Part shown: piece by piece, positions 19,906 through 27,942 of the stretch
Numbering within the stretch: the stretch's first letter is position 1
How the letters are laid out: every line of letters starts with the position of its first letter
The notes under the pieces: generated by a model
Told to the model about the DNA's origin: nothing
What the model saw: the letters and a program-made list of their open reading frames with translations, nothing else
Database searches by the model: none
Made by a program: the position numbers and the translations under genes
Origin: Zymomonas mobilis subsp. mobilis ATCC 10988
GTDB taxonomy: Bacteria; Pseudomonadota; Alphaproteobacteria; Sphingomonadales; Sphingomonadaceae
Assembly (NCBI RefSeq): GCF_000175255.2
Contig: NC_017262.1
Location: 540,001-572,000, forward strand
Reading direction: 5' to 3'
Length of the DNA: 32,000 nt

Positions 19906-21237
19906 ATGATAAAGAAACTCCCCACCTCTCCGAAAATCGGCATGGTCTCTTTGGGCTGTCCAAAAGCCTTGGTCGATAGCGAACGCATCCTGACAAAACT
20001 CCGTTCAGAAGGCTATAATCTCTCGTCACAATATGACGAAGCCGATGTTGTCTTGGTGAACACCTGCGGCTTTATTGATTCCGCCAAGGAAGAAAGCCTT
20101 GATGCCATTGGTGAAGCCATGGCCGAAAATGGTCGGGTTATTGTTACCGGCTGCCTTGGCAATGAAGCCGACCGCATTCGGGAACGTTTCCCTGACATTC
20201 TGGCGATCACAGGTGCGCAACAATATGAAGAGGTCGTCTCGGCTGTCCATGACGCTGCCCCGATCGAAGCCTCACCCTATGTCGATTTGGTGCCGGAACA
20301 AGGCTTAAAACTCACACCGCGCCATTACAGCTATCTGAAAATCTCCGAAGGCTGTAATCATCGTTGCAGCTTCTGCATCATTCCTTCACTTCGGGGCGAT
20401 CTGGTCTCTCGCCGTGCTGATGCCATTCTACGCGAAGCCGAAAAACTGGTTGCGGCAGGCACCAAAGAATTGCTGGTGATTGGGCAAGATAGCTCCGCTT
20501 ATGGCGTTGATCTTCGTCATCAGGAATATCGTTGGAAAGACCGGATGGTAAAGGCCGATCTGACCGACCTCGTACGTGGATTGGGTGAATTGGGCGCATG
20601 GGTCAGACTGCATTATGTCTATCCCTACCCCCATGTCGATACTCTTATCCCGTTAATGGCGGAGGGTTTAATCCTGCCTTATCTGGACATCCCCTTCCAA
20701 CATGCGTCTCCTTCTGTCCTAAAGCGGATGAAACGCCCCGCCAATGAAGTCAAAATACTGGATCGCCTTACAAAATGGCGTGAAATCGTGCCGGATATTG
20801 CCCTCCGTTCCAGCTTCGTGGTCGGCTTTCCCGGTGAAACAGAACAAGATTTCCAATATCTGTTAGATTGGCTGGACGAAGCCCAGCTTGACCGCGTCGG
20901 AGCTTTCCGTTTCGAAGCGGTAGAAGGTGCCGCCGCTAATGCTTTCGACGGCGCTGTTCCCGAAGAAGTCAAAAATGAACGTTATCAAAGGCTGATGGAA
21001 AAAGCCGCCCAAATTTCGGAAGCTAAATTGCAAGCCAAAATTGGCCGCGACATTGCGACCATTATCGACCGCACCGACGGTGAAGGCGGGGCTTCAGGTC
21101 GCAGCTATGCGGATGCACCTGAAATTGATGGCGAAGTTCATCTTCGCGATGCTGATGATCTAAAAATCGGTGACATCGTGACTATTCGGGTAGAAGATGC
21201 CGATGAACATGATCTTTTTGGGGTCGCGCTCTCCTAA
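19906..21237 (+). CDS. rimO: Ribosomal protein S12 methylthiotransferase RimO
   Basis: 443 aa. [13 protein letters not shown], radical [15 protein letters not shown]-terminal TRAM-like region. Confidence 0.95.
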   Translation: MIKKLPTSPKIGMVSLGCPKALVDSERILTKLRSEGYNLSSQYDEADVVLVNTCGFIDSAKEESLDAIGEAMAENGRVIVTGCLGNEADRIRERFPDILAITGAQQYEEVVSAVHDAAPIEASPYVDLVPEQGLKLTPRHYSYLKISEGCNHRCSFCIIPSLRGDLVSRRADAILREAEKLVAAGTKELLVIGQDSSAYGVDLRHQEYRWKDRMVKADLTDLVRGLGELGAWVRLHYVYPYPHVDTLIPLMAEGLILPYLDIPFQHASPSVLKRMKRPANEVKILDRLTKWREIVPDIALRSSFVVGFPGETEQDFQYLLDWLDEAQLDRVGAFRFEAVEGAAANAFDGAVPEEVKNERYQRLMEKAAQISEAKLQAKIGRDIATIIDRTDGEGGASGRSYADAPEIDGEVHLRDADDLKIGDIVTIRVEDADEHDLFGVALS

Positions 21238-21242
21238 AATAT

Positions 21243-21279
21243 AAAGGGATAAAAACAACCATATCCCTTTTGTATTTTT
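21243..21279 (+). terminator. Rho-independent terminator after rimO
   Basis: AAAGGGAT ... ATCCCTTT followed by TGTATTTTT. Confidence 0.7.
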
Positions 21280-21380
21280 GACAAAAATCCGGCTATAAAC
21301 CTTGGAATAAAAACCGGATTTCAGAACAGTTTCAATAATCACCAGCTTGGTTATTGAAACTGTCTAAAGGAGCGTAAAAA

Positions 21381-22775
21381 ATGCGTCTGTTCAAATCTTT
21401 ACTGGCAGTCGACAAAGGCCAACCGGCACAAGAAATTATACCGGTTACGTCTGACGAATTCGAAACATTATTAGCCAAAAATAATGCCGATTTTGCACTG
21501 GCTGCCCAATTGGCGCATTTTTCCGGCCAAGCCGGTGAAAGCCTGCTTTTACCCGCCAATGATAAACAACCCGCACAAATTTTAGTCGGGGTCAGCGAAG
21601 AAAATTCAATCTGGGATTTAGCCAAATTGGCGAGCCTCCTACCAGAAGGCAGCTATCGCTTGCGCTCCGGCAATATTGAAAAACTGGCTTTTGGCTGGTT
21701 GTTGGCACAACATTATTTTGATCGTTACCGTTCCGATCATCCTGCGCGCGCTTCCCGTATTTTATTAGTCGATAGCGATCAAAGCGCCATTGACGACATT
21801 GTCGCCCAAGCCGAAGCCACCGCTTTAGTGCGTGATCTGGTCGATACGCCCGCTTGTGATTGCGGGCCCGCCGAATTGCAAAAGGCGGTCGAAGAAATCG
21901 CCACTATTTTTCAGGCGATCGTGACCACCACCCATGGGAAAGAATTGGATAGTAATTATCCGATGGTTACCGCCGTCGGACGGGCAGCCGCTCCTCACCG
22001 AGCGCCACGGCTGATCGAATTACAATGGGGTCGTCCTGAACATCCCAGAATAGCGATTGTCGGGAAAGGTGTCTGCTTTGACTCTGGTGGGTTAGATATC
22101 AAGCCCTCTTCTTCAATGCTTCTGATGAAAAAAGATATGGGCGGTGCGGCTCATGCCTTGGCATTATCCTATCTGATTATGGCGATGAAATTGCCTGTCC
22201 GATTGCATCTGGTCATTCCTGCGGTTGAAAATGCCGTTTCCGGTGATGCGATGCGACCGGGGGACATCCTGACCAGTCGGAAAGGCACAACCGTTGAAAT
22301 CGGTAATACCGATGCCGAAGGCCGTCTGGTATTGGCGGATGCCCTGACCAAAGCCAGCGAACCTAATCCCGAATTGATTATTGATTTTGCCACTCTGACG
22401 GGGGCAGCTCGCGTTGCCCTAGGCACGGATTTACCCGCTCTTTTCGCCAATGATGATGAACTCGCGCATCAACTCGCCGAATCCGGCAACAAAGTTCAAG
22501 ATCCCTTATGGAGACTGCCTTTATGGTCGGATTATCTAACGCTTTTGAAATCCTCGATCGCTGATATCAATAATGCGGGTAGCGGCGGCATGGCCGGCGC
22601 GATTACGGCAGCATTATTCTTACAGGAATTTGTTGGCGATTCCCTTAAATGGGCGCATTTTGATACTTTCGCATGGCAAGCAACGGCCAAAGCAGGCCGT
22701 CCAAAAGGGGGCGCCGCCTATGGTTTACGGGCGGCATGGCATATGCTGAAAAGCCGTTACATCCAAAATGGCTAA
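21381..22775 (+). CDS. Leucyl aminopeptidase family (M17) metallopeptidase
   Basis: 464 aa. GKGVCFDSGGLDIKP and NTDAEGRLVLADAL signature motifs. Confidence 0.92.
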   Translation: MRLFKSLLAVDKGQPAQEIIPVTSDEFETLLAKNNADFALAAQLAHFSGQAGESLLLPANDKQPAQILVGVSEENSIWDLAKLASLLPEGSYRLRSGNIEKLAFGWLLAQHYFDRYRSDHPARASRILLVDSDQSAIDDIVAQAEATALVRDLVDTPACDCGPAELQKAVEEIATIFQAIVTTTHGKELDSNYPMVTAVGRAAAPHRAPRLIELQWGRPEHPRIAIVGKGVCFDSGGLDIKPSSSMLLMKKDMGGAAHALALSYLIMAMKLPVRLHLVIPAVENAVSGDAMRPGDILTSRKGTTVEIGNTDAEGRLVLADALTKASEPNPELIIDFATLTGAARVALGTDLPALFANDDELAHQLAESGNKVQDPLWRLPLWSDYLTLLKSSIADINNAGSGGMAGAITAALFLQEFVGDSLKWAHFDTFAWQATAKAGRPKGGAAYGLRAAWHMLKSRYIQNG

Positions 22776-22858
22776 ATTATTCAGTATCAGGATAATCCCT
22801 GATTAAGTTATCCCATCCTATCAGGGGACAATATTTCTATAATGAAGGATGAGGGAAG

Positions 22859-23761
22859 ATGCCTAAAGTTGAACAGAAAATACCCGCTTTTTGTCTTACA
22901 CAGAAATCATCTTCTCTCGATCCCAGAATCTATGCCTTTAAAGACGGCTTAGCCGATATTGCCTTAGCAGGCCGTCTTTTCTCTTCGCATTATGTCAAAC
23001 CCATAACCCGCTTCTGCGGGGCAGCGGCTTGTCTGATGCGGAAACAGCCTTCAGAAGACAGCCCATCGGTCAGCCAAATTTTACCGGGCGAGGCTTTTGC
23101 CGTTCTCGAAATATCCGATAACTGGGTATGGGGATACAGTCTTGCTGACCATTATGTCGGCTATTTACCTTTACAAGCCTTATCACCTCATGCGCCTTTA
23201 CCAGACAAAGCTTTTTATAGCGTCACGGCAATGCAAGGCATCGTTTTTTCCAAGGCTGACATAAAATCACAGCCGCGCCATTTTTGGTCTTTAGGCAGCC
23301 GCTTCCAAGGCGAGGAGGAAGGCAATTTCATTAAAAGCCCCTTTGGCTATATTCATAAACGCCATTGTTGCCTTTTAAATAACTTGGGAAAAACAAACAG
23401 CGATCCGGTCTCTTTTGCCGAAAAGATGATTGGCCTTCCCTATCTTTGGGGTGGACGCGGCGCAGGCGGGATAGACTGCTCGGGCCTTGTCCAGCTTAGC
23501 CTTCAGGTGACCGGACAGAAAGCCCCTCGCGATAGCGATATGCAACGCAGCCAATTAGGCCATGAAATCGCGCCTGATGCTTCGCTTTTACGAGGGGACT
23601 ATATCTTTTTCGCGGGGCATGTCGGTATAATGGCCGATGAAAAAACACTGCTTCACGCCAATGCCTTTTCCATGAGCGTAACGCTTGAAGCTTTGTCAGA
23701 TGTTGTTACACGCTTATCCAAAACAAACCCCTCGCCTATTCTGGCACGGCGGAGATTATAA
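22859..23761 (+). CDS. NlpC/P60 family cell-wall hydrolase with N-terminal SH3-like region
   Basis: GGIDCSGLVQ (catalytic Cys), GHVGIM and LLHANAFS (His) in order. SH3b-like N-terminal part. Confidence 0.88.
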   Translation: MPKVEQKIPAFCLTQKSSSLDPRIYAFKDGLADIALAGRLFSSHYVKPITRFCGAAACLMRKQPSEDSPSVSQILPGEAFAVLEISDNWVWGYSLADHYVGYLPLQALSPHAPLPDKAFYSVTAMQGIVFSKADIKSQPRHFWSLGSRFQGEEEGNFIKSPFGYIHKRHCCLLNNLGKTNSDPVSFAEKMIGLPYLWGGRGAGGIDCSGLVQLSLQVTGQKAPRDSDMQRSQLGHEIAPDASLLRGDYIFFAGHVGIMADEKTLLHANAFSMSVTLEALSDVVTRLSKTNPSPILARRRL

Positions 23762-23763
23762 TT

Positions 23764-24702
23764 ATGACGGCTCTTTTTATTGATGGTGGCGCAGGCACGA
23801 CCGGCCTTGAAATTCGTGAAAGATTGGCTAATCGGCCTGAATTTTCGATTATCACTCTAAGTGAAGAAGATCGCAAAGACAGAAAAGCCCGTGAAGAGGC
23901 TTTAAATCAGGCAGATATCGTTATCTTATGCCTGCCAGATGATGCCGCAAAAGAAGCGGTTTCTATGGTTAAAAATCCCAAAACACGGATTGTTGATGCC
24001 TCAACCGCGCATCGGACAGCCAAAGATTGGGTCTATGGCCTCCCTGAATTAACAAAAGGTCAGAAAGAACGCATCCAATCTGCCCGTTTTGTCGCTAATC
24101 CTGGCTGTTATCCCAGCGGCTTTTTATCACTGGTTCGACCGCTGACGGAAACGGCCCTTATTTCGGATCAACAATTGCTGACTGTCCATGCGGTTTCAGG
24201 TTATTCCGGCGGTGGCCGTAAAATGATCGAAGCCTATGAATCCGGCACAAAACCGTCTGCATTCAAAGGCTATGGCCTTTCTCTTAAGCATAAACATATT
24301 CCCGAAATGCAGCATCATGCAGGACTGACAATGCCGCCGATTTTCTCTCCGGCAGTCTCTCCTTGCTATCGCGGCATGTTGGTGCATGTACCCCTATCAG
24401 CGGGTCTTTTTTCTCAAAAGGTCACGCTGGAAGACATTCATCATATTCTAGCCGCACATCATCAGGATTCCGCCACTATTCGGGTTAAACCCCTGTCAGA
24501 GTCACAGGATATGACTCAAATCGAAATCGAGCATTGCGCCAATAGTGACCGGATGGAATTATTCGTTTTCGGGAACGAAAGCACTGGCCAAATTCTATTG
24601 GTTGCCGCCCTTGATAATCTGGGGAAAGGCGCTGCCGGTGCCGCGGTGCAAAATATCAACCTGATGTCAGGCTGTCCTGAAACCAGAGGTTTAAGATTAT
24701 AA
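23764..24702 (+). CDS. argC: N-acetyl-gamma-glutamyl-phosphate reductase (short form)
   Basis: 312 aa. GGAGTTGLEI nucleotide-binding motif, NPGCYPSGF catalytic Cys. Confidence 0.92.
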   Translation: MTALFIDGGAGTTGLEIRERLANRPEFSIITLSEEDRKDRKAREEALNQADIVILCLPDDAAKEAVSMVKNPKTRIVDASTAHRTAKDWVYGLPELTKGQKERIQSARFVANPGCYPSGFLSLVRPLTETALISDQQLLTVHAVSGYSGGGRKMIEAYESGTKPSAFKGYGLSLKHKHIPEMQHHAGLTMPPIFSPAVSPCYRGMLVHVPLSAGLFSQKVTLEDIHHILAAHHQDSATIRVKPLSESQDMTQIEIEHCANSDRMELFVFGNESTGQILLVAALDNLGKGAAGAAVQNINLMSGCPETRGLRL

Positions 24703-24750
24703 AACCCTCCCCAAGACCTCTTTAAAGATTGGGTCTTGTAATAGCCTGTC

Positions 24751-24790
24751 ACAAGCATAAAACCGCCTCGAAACAGGCGGTTTTGCTTGT
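24751..24790 (+). terminator. Strong extended Rho-independent terminator after argC
   Basis: ACAAGC-at-AAAACCGCCT-cgaaac-AGGCGGTTTT-GCTTGT. A second hairpin, CAAGACC...GGTCTTG, lies just upstream (24712-24738). Confidence 0.75.
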
Positions 24791-24834
24791 AAGGTCGCTC
24801 ATAAACCGCTTGCACCTGCTAGGATAATAGTCCT

Positions 24835-26469
24835 GTGTTGCTAAAAAAGAGTCCTGTCTTGAACGATTTTCTGAAAATAACGGCTGTTGCCGCCCTTTCC
24901 GTTATCGGTGCCAGCTCGGCTTCTGCCGATATTGTCAGTGATCGCTTCTCGGCGGTTACCGCGGCCGAACAGGCTTTCCGGCAACAACCCGATAATTCAG
25001 ATATCCAGTTCAAACTGGGGCGCGCTTATCTGATGGCCGGACGTTATCTTTCGGCTTGGCAATGCCTGAACAAGCTGGTCTTGCGCGATCCTTATAATGA
25101 AAAAGCCCGCCTTTATATGGGTCTTGCGGCGATCGGCAATAATAACAAAACAGCCGCCCAAAGTATTCTATCACCGATCACAAAGGTGTCTCCTGTTGAT
25201 CTTGGTCTGGCACTGACTTTGGCCGGACAACCAACAGAAGCGATCAAAAGGATGGAACCGCTTCTTTCAACGCCTTCCAATTCAGCTAGACTTCGACAGA
25301 ATCTAGCCTTTGCTTATGCGATGGCAGAACGCTGGAATGATGCCTCAAAAATGGCAGGTCAGGATTTATCTGCCGATCAGGTCAATGCCCGCTTGTCCCA
25401 ATGGAGCCGCGTTATCCGAGAAAAGAACGGTGCCGTTCAACTTCAGGCCTTTATCGGCGTGCCTCCTGCCAAGGATTATGGCTTTCTTTCTTCTACACCT
25501 GCCTCCAGTCCGGTAGTTCAAACGACTTCCCCTGTTATACCCCCAAAAACAGACAGCTCCGCACCCCGCCCGACAGTTAGCCCCGCTATAATGTCAGCAT
25601 CTTCCTCGGCTCCGGTTACGCCTTCAATCTCACAACCAACCAAAACAGCGGCCATAGCAAACCCGATCCCTGTTCCTGCAAAGCCTGCGACACCTGCCCC
25701 AACCGCTCTTTCTAACGATCAAAATGGGCAGCATATAGCTACAGCGACATCCGCAACAACGGCACCGGCGACACGGCCAGCGGCAACATTGACGGCGGCG
25801 ACCAATCCCAATGCGCCTTCAACCATTACCGAGATAGAGTTACCCTCGGCTAACAGCACGCAACCTGCCCCCAGAGCGTCCAGTAATCCAACTATCTCCG
25901 ATAGCGATCGCATCAGTGACAATGCCCCAAAAACGCCTACGGTAACCGTCAAAGAGAAAATTGCTCCCCAACAGACAGCTCCAAGCCCCAAGAAAAGCCT
26001 CAATCTACCGATCAAAGAAATTCTGGCAGAAAATAAATCAACCAAAGCTACAGCGACAACAGCACCCAACAGTCCCGAGAAAAAAGAAAGCCTGCCTCAA
26101 AACACAGCAGCCCTGAAAGCGGACTCAAAAAAGGAAGACAAGGATTGCTCTTCTGCGACTTGTCATAATGTGACCTATCCGGCCATTCAGCTAGCCACCC
26201 ATAAATTGCCGATTACTCCAGCGGCAACAGAACAAAGCCATAAGATATTACAGAGCATACAGGCGAAATTACCCAACGCAGCAAAATATAAAATCATCAC
26301 CTATAGCGAAACAGGCAGTCCGGTCTATCGCCTCCTCCTGACTGGATTTGCGTCTGCCAAAGAGGCTCAGGAAAGCTGTAATAGCCTGATGAAAAAAGAG
26401 ATTGCCTGTATGGCTTCCAGCTATAAAGAATCGGTTCCGACAACCAAATCCGTCAAAAAAACAAAATAG
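24835..26469 (+). CDS. Exported TPR-repeat protein with long Pro/Thr/Ala/Ser linker and C-terminal SPOR domain
   Basis: Signal-like N-terminus, TPR-like repeats (VTAAEQAFRQQPDNSDIQFKLGRAYLMAGRY...), low-complexity linker, SPOR-like C-terminus (YKIITYSETGSPVYRLLLTGFASAKEAQESCNSLMKK). Start uncertain (GTG 24835 or a downstream TTG). Confidence 0.8.
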   Translation: MLLKKSPVLNDFLKITAVAALSVIGASSASADIVSDRFSAVTAAEQAFRQQPDNSDIQFKLGRAYLMAGRYLSAWQCLNKLVLRDPYNEKARLYMGLAAIGNNNKTAAQSILSPITKVSPVDLGLALTLAGQPTEAIKRMEPLLSTPSNSARLRQNLAFAYAMAERWNDASKMAGQDLSADQVNARLSQWSRVIREKNGAVQLQAFIGVPPAKDYGFLSSTPASSPVVQTTSPVIPPKTDSSAPRPTVSPAIMSASSSAPVTPSISQPTKTAAIANPIPVPAKPATPAPTALSNDQNGQHIATATSATTAPATRPAATLTAATNPNAPSTITEIELPSANSTQPAPRASSNPTISDSDRISDNAPKTPTVTVKEKIAPQQTAPSPKKSLNLPIKEILAENKSTKATATTAPNSPEKKESLPQNTAALKADSKKEDKDCSSATCHNVTYPAIQLATHKLPITPAATEQSHKILQSIQAKLPNAAKYKIITYSETGSPVYRLLLTGFASAKEAQESCNSLMKKEIACMASSYKESVPTTKSVKKTK

Positions 26470-26738
26470 CCCTTCAATCTCGATAAAAGGCATTTTCTAA
26501 ACAGGCGCGCATAGGCGGGACTGAATAAAGACGCTTGCCTGAATAGAATGGCTCTAGGACTGCCGTTTTTTCAAAACCAATTACCGAAAAATCCAGATGG
26601 CTTTATTGCCCCAAAGGCTTTCCGATCCGTCCACCCAAGGCCGCCTGATGGCCTTGAAAAATGGCTCTTCTTAGAAGACCTTTTTACTATTCCAAAAACT
26701 CATCTTTTTAATAAATACTTATTATTTCAAAGTATATC

Positions 26739-26761
26739 TTATTGATTATTCAGATCAATAA
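26739..26761. promoter_or_regulatory. Inverted repeat upstream of the export operon
   Basis: TTATTGAT-TATTCAG-ATCAATAA. Confidence 0.35.
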
Positions 26762-26790
26762 AGAAAAAAATAATTAAAAATACGTTATGT

Positions 26791-26842
26791 TTGTCAAAAA
26801 TTATGCCTTGTCATATAAATTATCAATGATACTCCGTAGTAT
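26791..26842 (+). promoter_or_regulatory. Candidate sigma70-type promoter with overlapping palindrome for the export operon
   Basis: TTGTCA (26791-26796), 17-nt spacer, TATAAA (26814-26819). The palindrome ATACT-CCGT-AGTAT (26829-26842) covers the expected start site and early transcribed region. Confidence 0.5.
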
Positions 26843-26891
26843 ATATTTGTTTATTTCTTATTTAACATAATACACATAAAAGTTTTGCGAA

Positions 26892-27938
26892 ATGACTGAC
26901 CAGACAAAAGACGCCTCCCAAACACAGCCTTCCTCGGGGCAAATTCCTCCGCGTAAGTCTGGTAAATTATGGCTCATTATCGGCTGTATCCTTGTGATAT
27001 GTGCTGGTTTTGGCGGTTTCCGCTTGTGGCATTATTTTGAACATAAAAATGATTTGCCCCCCCATATAGAAGGCAGCAATGGCCGTCTGGAAATGACTCG
27101 CTTTGATGTCGCGGCCAAATATGCTGGACGGATTACCGATTTGTCTTTCCATGAAGGCGATGTCGTTCAGACGGGGCAAATCCTTGCCCATCAGGACGAT
27201 TCCGAACTTCGCGCCCAACGGGATGCGGCACAGGCCAATTTTGAACAGGCACAGGAATCGCTTCGCCGTGCTGAAGCCGAACAGGCGGCGGCTCATGCCT
27301 CAACCGGATTGGCGGCACAACAACTGATGCACACAAAACAAATGGTAGCACAGTCGTTGGTCTCGGATATGGAATTGCAGAACAGCCAAACTGCTTATAC
27401 CACGCGCAAGCTCTCCGAAGAGGCCAGCCAACATAATGTGGCCGCTGCCAAAGAAGCCGTGAAAGCAGCCTCGGCACAAATAGCCCGTTTGGATGCCAAT
27501 TTAGCAGAAATGACGATTCGAGCGCCTACCAGTGGACAAATAGAATATCGCATTGCGGAAAAAGGCTCGGTGCTTGGTCAGGGTGGTCGTTTGGCTTCTT
27601 TACTCGATCCGTCTGATATTTATCTGACTGTCTTTTTTGAATCTGCGGTTGCCGGAAAATTGCATGTCGGCGATGAAGCTCGCATCAAATTAGATGCGAT
27701 GAATGATCGCCTTGTTCCGGCACAGATTTCTTTTGTCTCACCGGAAGCCCAATTTACGCCCAAATTTGTCGAGACAAAAACCGAGCGGGAAAAATTGGTC
27801 TATCGGGTCAAACTCCGCATTATGCCGGATACGGTTCATCGCCTCGGCGGTGTATTGAAAGCGGGTATGACCGGAATCGGCTATGTTCGGACAGAGCCTT
27901 CGGCACAATGGCCAAGCCTCAAGTCGGATCGGGGATGA
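26892..27938 (+). CDS. HlyD/EmrA-family periplasmic adaptor (membrane fusion) protein
   Basis: 348 aa. N-terminal TM, lipoyl-like halves (GRITDLSFHEGDVVQTGQILAHQDD; IRAPTSGQIEYRIAEKGSVLGQGG), central coiled coil. Confidence 0.9.
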   Translation: MTDQTKDASQTQPSSGQIPPRKSGKLWLIIGCILVICAGFGGFRLWHYFEHKNDLPPHIEGSNGRLEMTRFDVAAKYAGRITDLSFHEGDVVQTGQILAHQDDSELRAQRDAAQANFEQAQESLRRAEAEQAAAHASTGLAAQQLMHTKQMVAQSLVSDMELQNSQTAYTTRKLSEEASQHNVAAAKEAVKAASAQIARLDANLAEMTIRAPTSGQIEYRIAEKGSVLGQGGRLASLLDPSDIYLTVFFESAVAGKLHVGDEARIKLDAMNDRLVPAQISFVSPEAQFTPKFVETKTEREKLVYRVKLRIMPDTVHRLGGVLKAGMTGIGYVRTEPSAQWPSLKSDRG

Positions 27939-27942
27939 TACA

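Noticed and set aside
25719-26069. 116 aa minus-strand ORF
   Set aside because: Antisense shadow of the Pro/Thr/Ala-rich linker of the TPR-SPOR gene; repetitive composition explains the open frame.
26548-26745. 65 aa plus-strand ORF in the spacer before the export operon
   Set aside because: No clear ribosome-binding site or recognised motif, and it runs into AT-rich DNA. Too weak to call, although conservation could be tested.
27133-27477. 114 aa minus-strand ORF
   Set aside because: Antisense to the HlyD-family gene, without recognisable domain content.
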